Source: the human T2T-CHM13v2.0 reference genome, Homo sapiens
Strand: one strand, 5' to 3'
Length of the DNA stretch: 64,000 bases
Assembly (NCBI RefSeq): GCF_009914755.1
Contig: NC_060936.1
This document shows, one piece after another, positions 1 through 13,300 of this stretch; positions within the stretch are counted from its first letter, which is position 1, and each line of letters starts with the position of its first letter. The position numbers and the translations under genes are program-made. The notes under the pieces are model-generated. The model worked only from the letters and a program-made list of their open reading frames with translations. It was not told the DNA's origin and ran no database searches.

Positions 1-294
1 TTGGCCACCGTATTTTCTAAACTAAAAATCATCCCATTCTAGCGTGTGGAATTGTCTTTTAGTAAGTGTACATGCTAATACTTCTAGAGATTTAAAACTA
101 GTTAAAGAAAATATCACATGGAGTATTATATAGTTATTAATTGTAAGAGCTAAATTTTAAGACATTCGGGCAAGCCACAATGCATGGCAGTGGTCATTTC
201 TAGCAGTTGTTATGAATAACTTTGATGTTTAATGCAACATATTCTACATGTATTTCAGAAAATTACATGGATATTTGAATTATTAATATTTATA

Positions 295-480
295 TTAATA
301 CAATGCTTTACAGTTAACAAAGTCTTTTTTTCATAACTAACCCATTCTTCCCTCACAATCAGCCCATGGAGCAGATGTTGTCATTCCTGTTTTTCAGGTT
401 AACAACATAATTAGAAAGTTGTGGAATTGGGACTCAAACACACATACTCCACTTTCTGACTCCTAAGCCAAGTTTTTCTC
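295..480 (-). mobile_element. MIR SINE fragment
   Basis: Reverse-complement MIR core (cctcacaatc...gttgtcattcctgtttttcag...ggaattgggactcaaac...tctgactcc); boundaries approximate. Confidence 0.6.
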
Positions 481-1151
481 CACTGAATTATTCTTAATCT
501 CTATTGAAATGATATGTTCTATCCATACTCATGTATGAAAATATTGACATAAGATTTGGATTCCAAAATCATTGGGAAGTCTGTACAATGAAAATAGGAA
601 GCCACAAAGTTGCTATAACATTGTGTGATGTGGGAAACCTATCTAAATGTGGCAAGAGGCAAACTGCAATTGAAGACTATTTTTAGGGAATGAATAATGT
701 GAGTTTTGTAAACTTAAAGATACTACCATATAAAGGCTTTTTTCCCTATATTACAGAGATGATGGCGGAGATTTTAACTAAATGAAAGGAAACGTGCCCC
801 AGTAATAATTAGGTCCTCAAATTGTTTCTCATTTATTTAACAAATATGTATTGAATACCTTGTCTTTGCAAAACATTGTGCTTGCAATGGTACAAAGGTA
901 ACAAAAATAATAATAATTTTAAAAGCAAACTTATTTATTGGCATATCTCTGGCAGTGTTCTAAGTTTACATAAATTAATAAATTTACCTGAGATTTCAAA
1001 ACTTTTTCTTTTCGTTACAATTAGTTTCCATTTATGATGACTCTCAAATAATTCTTATAAATGGAGCAAAAAGATGGACAGAAATCAAAGTGACTGACAC
1101 ACAATCAAATGTGGAATGAGAACAATAATACAGCTGTGACCTGTAAGGGGG

Positions 1152-1355
1152 TGTGGTGGTCAGGGTTCTCCAGAGAAACAAGAAAAATAGACATATTTGT
1201 ACAAAGACAGAAAAAGATTTATATAAGAAATTAACTTACACAATTATGAAGGCTGAGAAGTCCCATGATCTTCACCTAGTAAGCTACAGACCCACGAGAG
1301 CTGATCTAGGCACCCTGTGGCCCAGTCAAGTTGATGCATAAAATTAACCATCACA
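1152..1355 (-). mobile_element. MLT2-type ERVL LTR, internally deleted
   Basis: Both termini present (tcagggttctccagagaaac... and ...ggcccagtcaagttgatgcataaaattaaccatcaca) but only ~200 bp long. Confidence 0.8.
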
Positions 1356-1374
1356 AGGAGAAAGAGCTTTGAAC

Positions 1375-1545
1375 CTGTCCTGAATTCTAATTCAAGTTCC
1401 ATCACTAAATAGCCATGTGACCTTGGGAAAGTTAGTTAACCATTCTAAACCTAGAGACCTGACATCTGTCATCTGGTGTTGGGAGAGCCTGTAAGATGGT
1501 ATATATAAAGTGCCTAGCAGTGCTAGGCCCATACTGGACAGTTAT
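1375..1545 (+). mobile_element. MIR SINE fragment
   Basis: MIR core: ccatgtgaccttgggaaagttagttaacc...aaagtgcctagcagtgc. Confidence 0.65.
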
Positions 1546-2449
1546 GGAACCCTGGCTTCTAATTAAATGTGCCTTCTCTAGCCACTCTAAAGCTTAATTC
1601 TGTATGACTGTCTTAAGTCCTTCAGGTGTGGTGGTAGCCAAGAAGAAAGTATGAGAGGAAAACTATGGCAACCCCTTTGATGTGATCCAAATGGCAGAGT
1701 GCATTTTCAGTTCAAATGAATTCCCACGGTATCTCCTAACCTCTTTAAAAACTAAATAGCTATTCAAAGAATTTTCTCAAGAGACAAGAAAATAGGCATT
1801 TATATTTAAAAGTATTATAAGGAGTTAATAGCCCTTGGAGTTACTGATTTAATGGCCCCTTATTTAATTAAGGAGTAGAGAAACTCATTGAGAGTCATAG
1901 AGTAGAGCTTATAATTAACGGATAGCTCCAGGCAAGAATTGCCTTTTTGCCCCTTTATCTCTGCTCTACCCCTTGAAATTTATACTTAAACATTATGAAA
2001 ATATATATATCTAGGAAAAAGTGAAAGATCAATATCAAAGTTCTTAGTTTAAAAAGAGAGACCAAATTCATTCAGGATCTCAGATGTGGTGTTCTTAGAC
2101 CATGTGGAGACAAGAAACAGAGTAACAAAAATGTAAATAGCATAGGCCAGAAGGGTAACCTACATCTGCTGACTAGTCATTACAAACAAAACTATCATGG
2201 CCATAATGTAATTTGGTGACCTGAGTCTCTGCAATGAGGTTGTTGCCTGGAAACAATGGGGTTTCACAGCTGGGGGTGACCATAGAAGCTGAGGTCTAGT
2301 AGTCCCCCCATCTAACAAATGAATTGCAATAAGTGATCAAATTCAAAGTCACATGGAAACAACAGAAATTAGGGACAGAAAAATATCCAGATGTCTGATC
2401 CCATATGCATTTCAATATTCAGAAAAAAAAGCTTTAAAAAGTGGAAAGA

Positions 2450-2738
2450 GGCTGGGCGTGGTGGCTCAGGCCTGTAATCCCAGCACTGTGGGAAGCCGGG
2501 TAGGTGGATCACCTGGGCAACATGGTGAAACACAGTCTCTATTAAAAATACAGAAAAATCAGCTGGGCATGGTGGCACACGCCTGTAATCCCAGCTACTT
2601 GGAAGGCTGAGGCACGAGAATCACTTGAACCCTAGAGATGGAGGTTGCCATGAGCCAAGATCCTGCCACTACACCCCAGCCTGGGCAGCAGAGTGAGACT
2701 TTGTCTCAAAAAAACAGACAAACAAACAAAAAAAAAAC
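2450..2738 (+). mobile_element. Alu (AluS-like) with internal B-box deletion
   Basis: ggctgggcgtggtggctc start, dimer structure, A/CAAA tail; TSD aaagtggaaaga at 2438-2449 and 2739-2750. Confidence 0.95.
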
Positions 2739-2779
2739 AAAGTGGAAAGAAAACTAGATAGAATTGTATCAAAAGATGC

Positions 2780-2920
2780 ACACACTGACTTTGTGACTTC
2801 AGGAAAATTACCTGATGCTCTTAGCCTCATAATCCACAATTGTAAAATAGCAATCATAAAAATTACTTTGTAGCATTTCTTATTAGGACTCATGAGACAA
2901 AATATGTAAAAATATCTTTA
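2780..2920 (+). mobile_element. MIR SINE fragment
   Basis: tgtgacttcaggaaaattacct...cctcataatccacaattgtaaaatag...aggactcatgag...atgtaaa. Confidence 0.6.
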
Positions 2921-4012
2921 AACTATTTAAAATAAGGTCATAAATTGGTAGCCCCAAGGTGTTTCTTTAGCCTGGAGAGTTTTTGTAAGTTTTTGAAAAT
3001 ACTGTTGTTTAAATTTTGAGAATCTATGTATGTCATGTAAAATATGGGATTTGGGTATCTCTTTAAAATAAGAAATCCGGCAATACAGAATGCATTTTCC
3101 CATAGCCACAATCAGCTAGATATGAATAAAAGTCCTCATCACCATACATACTCATGCAGTCTCCATTTACAACAGTTCCCACCCAGCTCATGTCATCCAT
3201 CAGTGTACATTTCTGGCCCTTGTTAGCATATAAGATACTTCACCCTTGATTAAGGCTTTATTAAAATATCAGATTTTGTTATGTTTCAGCCAAAAGGATC
3301 TTAATGACCACTACAGACTGACGCACACTTTCCATGGAACAATGGGTATGTAGAATAGAATATGTATTTTTTTATCACATAGCTAGGATACAGAAGAAAC
3401 ATTTGTGAAATGTAAACTATTCTTGTAAAACAATAGTCCTGAACATATGACCCAACTATATTTCTTTTATATTTATTGTAAATTAATCTATTTATAAAGA
3501 GAATGAGACAGTGGCATAAACGTCTTTTCTCTTTGCAAGTTTGTCAGTTAAACTCCATTTCTTGAATAATGGGAAGAGTTTGCTCAGAAGCACCCAGAGA
3601 AGTTGGGTGCTAGAATGTCTTCAATTGTGTGGCTCCATCTCCTGGTTTCAAATAGCCAGAAGGCAAATGAGGAACTCACAGAAAGGAAATATAAAAAGTA
3701 GTAAGAAAAACCGCTGTACTCTCTGGACTGCAAGTATATTGGTTTTTCTCTTGCTTGAACTTGGAATTTGAGTAATCTCTTCCTGCAGAATGGATAACAT
3801 GTACTTTTACAATGTAAAAAAATAAGTTTCTGTTAATTTTGGAATGCATGATAGTATCATTTCATTAGGCACATCACAAACTAATCTCATTTTATAGTTG
3901 GCCATGAATATAGAAAAGCAATCTTTTACTTCCTCACAATAAGTCTTTCATCTATGTGATTTTGGGGATTAGAATTCACTTTAAGAGAGATGATATAATA
4001 TTATTGGACGTG

Positions 4013-4378
4013 TGTGGCAGATATTACTAACTTCTCAGCAATATGGAATTTCACTCTCCTTTGGTCACACGAGATTATACCTTCCTGCCACCATGGCTAA
4101 CTTGTTTGGCCAATGAACTTGAACAAAGTGACATATGTCATTCTCTGTGGAAGTATTTAATTGCTGGTCTTCAATGCTCCACTTCATTTTTTCCCATGTA
4201 CTAGAGGGGCAGCAGACCCCAAAAGCCTGGGGATCTGAATGACTAATGAGGAAGTCACTTCTGCTAATCCTTATTGGACATGTAGTGGGGCAAAATATGA
4301 ACTTCTATGGTTTTAGGTCATTGAAATATTGGAGGATGTTTGTTACTGCTGAATAACATAATTTATTTTAACTGATTT
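4013..4378 (+). mobile_element. MaLR LTR (MLT1I/J-like)
   Basis: tgtggcag start; tttggccaatga...gtgacatatgtca; end ttgttactgc...actgat typical of old MLT1. Confidence 0.65.
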
Positions 4379-4584
4379 AGATATGTAAAAAGACTCTTTA
4401 ACTAGGTATTTAATTTTTGTACAATTTAAGGGAATCTGAGGATGGGAGTATATTTTCTTTCTTTGTTTCTTATGTGTTGATATTGGACAAAGATGATAAA
4501 TATGCTAATAGAAGAAAGTGCCCATCTTGACACACATGTGAACAAGTGTGGAAATCTCTTAAATTTCTGAAAACAAGCCACTTA

Positions 4585-5272
4585 TGAAAAGACAAGTGCT
4601 GGCAAGGATGTGAAGAAATTGAAACCCTGTGTACTGTTGATGGAAATGCAAAATGGTGCAGCCACTACATAAAACAGGATGAAGCTTCCTCAAAAAATTA
4701 AAAATACAACTAGTATGTGATCTTGGTATTTATCCAAAAGAATTGAAATTAGGATCTTGAAGAGATTAGCACCCTGGTGATCATTGCAGCATTATTCACA
4801 ATACCTAAGATGTGGAAACATCTAAATGTCCATCAAAAGATCAATAGATAAAGAAAATGTGATATACGCGATGAAATATTATTCAGGCATAAAAAGAATA
4901 TGCAATGACATGGCTGAACCTTGAAGACATTATGCCGAGCAAAATAAGGCAGTTACAGCAGGACAAACAGCACACGATTCCACTGATATGAAGTAGCTAA
5001 AAGAGTCAAACTCAGAACCAGAGAGTGGAAATGTGGCTAACAGGGGTAGGAATAGAGGGAAATGGGAAATTGTTAATCAATGGGCATAAACTTTTAATTA
5101 TGCAAGATTAATACATTTTAGAGATCTGCTATACAACATTGAACCTATAGTTCGCTTATTAATAGTTAAGTATATTGCTTGTACATTTAAAATTTTGTTA
5201 AAATGGCAGACCTCATGTTATGCACTCTTACTACAATAACATTTAAAATGTTTAAAATTTTAAAAGAAAAAA
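4585..5272 (+). mobile_element. L1M (L1MA10/L1MB-like) 3' end
   Basis: caagtgctggcaaggatgtg...aaatgtccatca...gagatctgctatacaacatt...cctcatgtta...; A-rich end. Confidence 0.85.
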
Positions 5273-5615
5273 ATGCCTTTTGTATTTCAAAGCATATTTC
5301 AGTTATAGTATAATGAACAGCATTGAAGTTAATTAATGATTTTTGTTTAAAAGGCTGCAAATACCATACAGTACACTATGGATAATTAGGGGTAAACTGA
5401 CTGAATACAGAAGGGATATCTGTGTCCTTCCCAGTGCGTATGTTCACATGGTGTACATCTTCTCTTGCCTACATCTAAATGTGATACAGCTTTCTAAATT
5501 TCTCTTCAAAGCAGCCAAAATATTCATCAAAATCTAAGAGTCAATAAGAAAAAGGTAAATCATAATATGTAAGTTGATTCAATAATATAGTATGAAAATG
5601 AATGCCACTACAACT

Positions 5616-5639
5616 AAAAAAAAAAAAAAAAAAAAAAAA
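5616..5639 (+). repeat. Orphan poly(A)24 tract
   Basis: 24 consecutive A with no adjacent Alu body. Confidence 0.95.
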
Positions 5640-5802
5640 GATTTAATTTTTGCTTATGGAGCTCTTAGATACAGTGTTCCAGTCTACCTGAACATATTCC
5701 ATCTAATACAATATGAGTACACTCCCTAAAGGTTATTTCAGAGAATTTTTTTCCAGGTCATAAAATGGCTACTGATACATTGTTTTAAAAAATAAGAATT
5801 CA

Positions 5803-6113
<311 letters not shown>

Positions 6114-6299
6114 TTTAGAAAATTCAGCAAAGTGTAAATAAAACAAATCATCATCTACCATTCTACCGCACTTGTTGTATTTCCTTCATTTGGTGTATGT
6201 GTGTATCTGAATCAGTATCGTGTCTAGATTTCGCCACAATATTTTATCATAGGTATTTCTCAATGACAATATTCTCTAAAATTATGTATTCATCTATGT

Positions 6300-6520
6300 A
6301 TAATAGTAATGATAACAGTAACTACCATTTATTGAGCTCTGCTATTGAGGAATTCTGGGTATTGTATAAAGCACCTTACATATATTATCAGTTATTCCTT
6401 AGAACGTCCTCATGAGGCAAGCATTTTTGAAGTTAAGCAACTTGCTTAAGGGCATAATGTTTATTAGAAACTGGGATTCAAACCAGACCTGCATCCTCCA
6501 AGGCTGATAGTCTTAAGTAC
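6300..6520 (-). mobile_element. MIR SINE
   Basis: accatttattgagc...catgagg...gaagttaagcaacttgcttaagg...ctgggattcaaacc. Confidence 0.7.
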
Positions 6521-6544
6521 AATATTCTATGGAATAAAAACTCA

Positions 6545-7590
6545 TCTTTTAGGGAATATCTAAATTTTAACAATAAAAACCTCTATACATAAATTCTGTG
6601 CACATTTAAGTATCTTCTTAGGATTAATTGTTTGAAGTAGAATTAAGAATCTGAGGAGTTCAGCATGTATAAGATACTTGATATATATTACCAAATTGAC
6701 CTTCATAAAGATGATATTAATTTATTTTCCAACCAGCAATGAAAGTGATTTTCATTTTACTTAACCCCCACCAAAAAATAGTTTTTTTGAAAAAAATCTT
6801 TATTTTTCTATTGTAACTTGTCATATTTTTAAATTATTTTATGACTACTAAGTTTATATATGTATCATCTTTTCTTTTTCCAATGTCCTATTCACTCCTT
6901 TACTCATGTTTCTATTAATGAGAACATATTTTACTTAATAATTTGTGAGAGTTTTTGTTATATTAAAGATAGGAAACTTTTGTCAGTCATATATGTTGCA
7001 AATACTTCCCCAGTTTGCCTTCTAATTTTGAAATTTTTTATGTAATAAAATGTATCAGTATTTTATTTTGTCTTTTGCTTTTAGCCTTGGAAAAATTTTT
7101 ATACTTTTAAATTTTTATAGCTTCTTAATTTTACTTTGAACTCTTTAAACTCTCAGGAATTTATTTCAACAAAGGGATGAGGGAAAATCTACTTTTTTTG
7201 TCCAAATGACAATGCTATATTTTCTGTTTTATTAAATCATCTTGCCATTCACCATCAACTTAAAATGCCACCTTTAGCTTGGTATAAATTTCTATATATT
7301 TTAGAGTCTATTTCTTGCCTTTCTATTCTACATCTATGATTTATTCTTTTGTGACTACTATGGTACATTAATAACTGAAGTTTTATAATATGTTTTAATA
7401 TTTGCAAGTGAAAGTTCAATTTCACACAAAATTTTTCTCTCTCAGAATGTTTTTGGACATTCTCATCTGTTCTTCCAGATGATTTTAGAAATGATTATGT
7501 CAAATCTCACAAAAAACGTCTGTGAAGATTTGTATTAAAATTACATTAAACATACAAATTATTTTGCAGAGAATTCTATTCTTAAAATAG
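6545..7590 (-). mobile_element. Old L1 (L1ME/L1MC-like) 3' fragment
   Basis: Degenerate antisense L1 motifs (taggattaattg...aagtagaatt; accaaattg; catatatgttgcaaatacttccccagtttg). Confidence 0.6.
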
Positions 7591-8804
7591 TTGGTCTCCT
7601 TGGTATTCTTATAGTTATTAAACCCTAAGTCATCTTATTAAAATCAGGACTATTTTTATGAACTCGAGGCTTCCCAGGGAATATTTCATAGTCCTGTCTC
7701 CAGCCCTAATAAACATGGCCATTGCCATGTATGTCCCATTACAGCAAAAGGTAGTAATAATATAATAATTATAACAGTCATATCGGGCTTTTTAATCATC
7801 CAGGTTGGCTTCCATGTTCTCTAACATTAAAATACAGAAACTCCAAGCTCTTTGGTGACAAAGAATCTAATATGTAAATAATATATCAAAGCTAAAAATC
7901 TAAAGTCAATAAGCATTTCTCAGTTTGGAAAATCTTCAAAGGAATTAGCAGTCTCCTTCTAGTTTTTTCCACAGAGGAAACTGGGAAATTATTAATAGTT
8001 TTTTTAAATTTTCTCATAATCACTATAGTGCCCCGTCTCATGGCCTTATGTAGTGTACATATAATTATAAAATTTTCCCATCAAGCAACTTAAAATACAT
8101 TTGCCTTATCCTGAGTCAGAGAACTCTAAAAAATTAGTAATACAGAATGGGATCTATAGCAGACACAATTTCCCTGAGGAATAACTGGTATTGCCAAATC
8201 CATAAAAAGAACTTTCCAAGAATTGGGGAACATAAAAGTCCAAGAATGAATGAGCTGTCTGCTTCCCACATAACTCAAATCCCTAAGCATCTTTGTGGGT
8301 ACAGGACTTTGTGCATATGGCTAGAAGCTCATTAAATTATTGTGTATAAAATGTCTTCAAATTTTAGACCACTATTATATATGTCTCTAGCAGAAAAAGA
8401 ACTGTCTTGTAGTATGGCAGGACTTACTAAAGGGCGTTCTGCTTAAAATATACATAAAAGGTGGTTCTGTAGGAATGAGTTTGAACAAGGCAGAGTTTAA
8501 GTTAAATAGGCCTCTTTACAATGGGATTTCTCAAGGTCTTTAATAGACAAATGTGAAACTTCAGGACAGGAAGAGTTTGCAGCACTTTCTGAACAATTGA
8601 CACAGAATCTCTTTTTAAGGTAGTCACTAATGATCCAAGGAACCTTTTCAGGAATACTAACTACTGGGATAGAAGCCATGATCTCCACATTAGAAGGTTT
8701 TCTAGTTTTTCACCAAATAATAACAGCTGTTACTCACAATCATACATTTGCCTATAGAAAAGAGAAATGTAATTACATGCTGGATTCATTGGTGGGTTTT
8801 CATC

Positions 8805-8960
8805 TCTGAATTTGGATTCGAGACCCACTACTTACTGGCAACATGTGTCCTTAGTTACTCAATCTCAGATTTCTCATCTACAAAATGAAGGAAATGATAA
8901 TATCTCATAGAATTTGTACAAAGATTAAAATAACAAATGTAAAAGTGACTTTTTAAACTA
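8805..8960 (+). mobile_element. MIR SINE fragment
   Basis: ggattcgagaccc...ctcagatttctcatctacaaaatgaagg...ctcatag...atgtaaaagtg. Confidence 0.65.
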
Positions 8961-9183
8961 TAAAAAAATTATGTCTGTACATACTGTATTATCATGAATA
9001 AAACCTGTTTACCTTGATAGAAGAGCAAACAGATATTTACACTGGAAAACTCCACATGATGAAATGATTCTCTTTCATAAATTGGTTAATGAAATCTACA
9101 CGGAACAATGAGGGTAAATGCATTTTAAAATCTGAAAATGTTTCCATTATATTCACCCTCTACTCCAGTACTATATTGATTAT

Positions 9184-9579
9184 TGTATTAGTTCTATTGT
9201 ATTAACTACTACTATGAACTACTAAAATAAAACTCAAAATAATAGTGACTTAAGATAGAAGTTTAGTTTCCTTTTCTGTATCTGAGCATGGGCAATTCAG
9301 AAGTATTACAGTGTCAAAGCCTGAGGCAAAGCCAGAACTTGAGGGTCATCTTCAACCACAAGGACCCAGAAGGAGAGGGGAAGAAAAAACAGTTGCATAC
9401 ATTACTCCTGCTTACATACTATTGGCCAAATATAGATGGCCACAACTAGCTGCAAGGAAGGTGAGTAATTATGGTCTTTATTCTGAGTGTCCATGTGTTC
9501 AGCTGAAATTTGAAAGGTCTATCATAAAAGGAAAAGGGAGAGAACATATAGTGAAAGACGATGGCCATTCTCTACTACA
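9184..9579 (-). mobile_element. MaLR LTR (MLT1J/K-like)
   Basis: tgtattagtt start; cattactcctgcttacatactattggcca...ggccacaactagctgcaaggaag; ends tctactaca. Confidence 0.65.
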
Positions 9580-10241
9580 ATTATGTTATCTATTAATAGT
9601 ATTAGGAACCTGAAGATTCTGTAATTATTTGCCCTGAATTTCAATTTCAGTAAGCATTGCTCAAATAATTATTATATATACTAATCCTTGGAAATAGGAA
9701 AGTTACTGGACAGGATGTTTGCCCTCTTTTTTAAATACCTCAACCTAATTTCCTTAATATCATAAATCAGAGGTCTCCATGTCATTAACTTTCCAGTCAG
9801 TTATGTTGCTGATAACCATCTCTGTTGATTCTAAGTGAATTCTGATGTAAAGACATGCATGACCCAAATCAGTCAAAATGACCATCTCAACATATGGTAA
9901 CAACTGAGCAGCTAATGATCAGATAAATAGAGAACTTCTTTCTCAAGGATCTTTGCTATCTCTATATTACATTTGCCATCAATTCTATATCAATGATAAT
10001 AAAGCTATCATTTAATAAGCAAGTACTATATTTCAGGAGTTTTGTTATCATTAATTATAATAACATTTCCACAGTGAATGCATTCAATATATTCATTCAA
10101 AACTGAGTACAAGTATTTAGAAATTCATTTTCTAGGCTCATCAGAGTCCAATTGTTTTTTCCAAGATCACTTGGTAAACAGTATAGCCAAGATTTCAACA
10201 ACAGGGCTGTCCTATTTCAAGCTCAGGCTTACAGCCCCACC

Positions 10242-10355
10242 TAAAGTAATTAATTCATCCCAGTTTGCCTGGAACTTTTCAAGTTTTAGCACTGAATGTC
10301 CACATGGGAGGAACTCCATTTGGTCCCAGGCAAACTGGAACAGTTAGTCACACTA
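10242..10355. mobile_element. MER81-like hAT-Blackjack MITE
   Basis: 114 bp; inverted ends cagtttgcctgg / ccaggcaaactg; internal ttttagcactgaa. Confidence 0.8.
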
Positions 10356-10645
10356 GAACCTTCACCCCATTGGCCAACCCAGCCTGTCAGTATCCCACCA
10401 TCCAAAACCTCTTCACTTTCAAGAGGCAAGAAGTAAATTTTTTATAACAAAATGGGAAGATCTTTGCTCTAGAGCATGAGGTCATACAATGTACATGATA
10501 GCAAATACATTATTAAGCTTACTAATGTATTTTTAGAAACAATTTTATAGATATGTCCTCCAGGGATTAAGGGAACAGAAAAAGTAAATAATGATGCTGT
10601 TTGTTTAAAATAAAAAAACCCTACTAATTGGATAGTCCTATAATC

Positions 10646-10845
10646 AGCACTGTTGAACAGACTTCTCTAAAAATGTTCTGCATCTGTGCTGTCCAATATA
10701 GCAGCCATAAACCACAAACCACATGTGGCTATTGAGTACTTGACATTGGCTAGAGTGACTAAGACACTGAATATCTAATTTTGTTTTATTTTAATTAATT
10801 AAAATAGCCACAGGTGGCTATTAGCTATTATATTGCATAGCACAG
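10646..10845. mobile_element. MER3-like hAT-Charlie MITE
   Basis: ctgtgctgtccaatat...ccacatgtggctattgagtacttga...tagccacaggtggcta...tattgcatagcacag. Confidence 0.8.
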
Positions 10846-12994
10846 TTCTCAGTAAACAATTTTTATATAAAATGCTCAAGGCCATGTATCACGTGGAACA
10901 TTTCTAGTTTGGGTAAATACTGACAGACATAGGGAACTTGAATGGAGTCCTACTGCCTCATAAAAATGACAATTCAAGCAATAACTCTGAGCAGACTTGT
11001 GTGTGAATGTGTAAGTGTTGTTTAAATCTGGGGTGTTAATATTGACTGCCCAAACAAGGAGAAACAACATTATCTCTCACACTTCCGAGAATTATAAAGT
11101 CTTAATTTAGTATCATTTGCTCAGAGAGAATGATCTGTCACTCTAGAAAATAAAACTCATTTGACAATAAATTAAAAGTAATATAATTAACATTTCATTA
11201 ATTCTCAACAGAGGGAAGAAAAATAGAGACTTTCTTGCTCTTTGCTACACTGGGAGCAACCGGAGAGCTTGTGTGTTTAAGCTCTTTAAACATCTAGAAG
11301 ATAACTCATTACGGATCATCACGGCGGATGGGAGGCAGGACTAGATTGCAGCTCTGGACAGAGCAGCTTCTGAAAGCTCACATTGTGAATTTTAGCTACA
11401 GATTGACTGCAAGTACAAGCCAGCAATCCCGAGAGGACCCACAGACCCTCTGAAGGAAGCAGACTGCTCCTGTGGGACCCAGGAGACACCCCAAATACTG
11501 TGAGTGCCCCAACTGCAGAAGTGGGAAAGGGAAACCCTCCTTTCCCAAACACACACCCCCACTGGAGAAGCTGAAGGTCTGTTTGCGGAAGAAGTTTCTG
11601 ACTTTACCTGGAGCTGAGACAATTTAGAGAGCCCAGTGAAATACAGGGGTACAGGAAGCATCAGAAAGGCCCTGGGAGCTCACTGCATCCCCTAGCAGGC
11701 CATTCCTGCCTGGCACCACAGGGATCCATCGGAAGGGTGACCAGAGGAGCAGGGGGTAAAACTCCACAGGGAGAAGGAAATCTCTATCTGAACTTTGTAA
11801 CAATTTGAATGGGGTGAGAAGCCTTCTGGCCAGAACTCTGGGAAGGGGACCAATCCGGCGTGCAGACTCCACAGGCGGGGGAAGAACCAAGCCCTTTTCT
11901 TTTGCAGCTGGGTGGTGGGTAGCCCAGGGCAAGTTTTCAAGCCCATCACACCCTTCACCTGGAAACAGACTTGGGTCTGTTGGAGTGGGGCACGGTGGGA
12001 GGGAGACCAGCCTTTCAGTTTGTGTTAGAGCTGGGTGAGGTCTGTGACTGCCAGCTTTCCCCCACTTCCCTGACAACCTGCATAACTCCACAGAGGCAAC
12101 CATAATCCTCCTAGGTACACAACTCCAGTGACCTGGGAATCTCACCCCCATCCCCCACAGCAGCCACAGCAACACCCACCCAAGGAGAGTCTGAGGTCAG
12201 ACACACCTAGCCCCGCCCCCACCTGATGGTTCTTCCCTACCTACCCTGGTAGTGGAAGACAAAGGGCATATAATCTTAGGAGTCCTAGGGCTGGGCCCAC
12301 CACCAGTCCCTCTCTACACTACTACAGCTGATGCTTTCTGGAAATCACCAACTCCTAGCAGGAGGCCAACCAGCATAAAAATAGAGCATTAAACCACAAA
12401 AGCTAAGAACTGTCACAGAGTCCATTGTACCCCCCACCACCTCCACCAGAGCAGGCGCTGGTATCTACAGTTGAGAGACCCACAGACGGTTCACCTCACA
12501 GAACTCTGTGCAGAAACCCCCAGTACCAGCCCAGAGCCAGGTAGACTCGCTGGGTGGCTAGACCCAGAAGAGAGAAAACAATCACTGCAGTTTGGCTCAC
12601 AGGAAGCCACATCCATAGGAAAAGGGGGGGAATACTACATCAAGGGAACACTCTGTGGGACAAAAGAATCTGAACAACAGTCTTCAGCCCCAGACCTTCC
12701 CTCTGACAGAGCCTACCCAAATGAGAAGGAACCAGAAAACCAACCCTGGTAATATGACAAAATAGGCTCAACACCCCCAAAAAATCACACTAGTTCACCA
12801 GCAATGGACCCAAACCAAGAAGAAATTGCTGATTTACTGAGAAAGAATTCAGGAGGTTAGTTATTAAGCTAATCATGGAGGAATGAGAGAAAGGCGAAGC
12901 CCAATACAAGGAAATCCAAAAAATGATACAAGAAGTGAAGGAAGAAATATTCAAGGAAATAGATAGCTTAAAGAAAAAACAATAAAAAAATTCA

Positions 12995-13300
<306 letters not shown>

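Noticed and set aside
735-785. Plus-strand acceptor ttttttccctatattacag|AGATGATGG
   Set aside because: All frames stop within about 10 codons and there is no good donor nearby.
6433-6449. ttaagcaa-c-ttgcttaa hairpin
   Set aside because: Only 8-bp arms, derived from the MIR core, and expected by chance.
11319-12752. Overlapping ORFs up to 183 aa (11624-12175, minus)
   Set aside because: Stop-poor GC-rich L1PB 5'UTR with no recognisable domain; not the L1PA ORF0 context.
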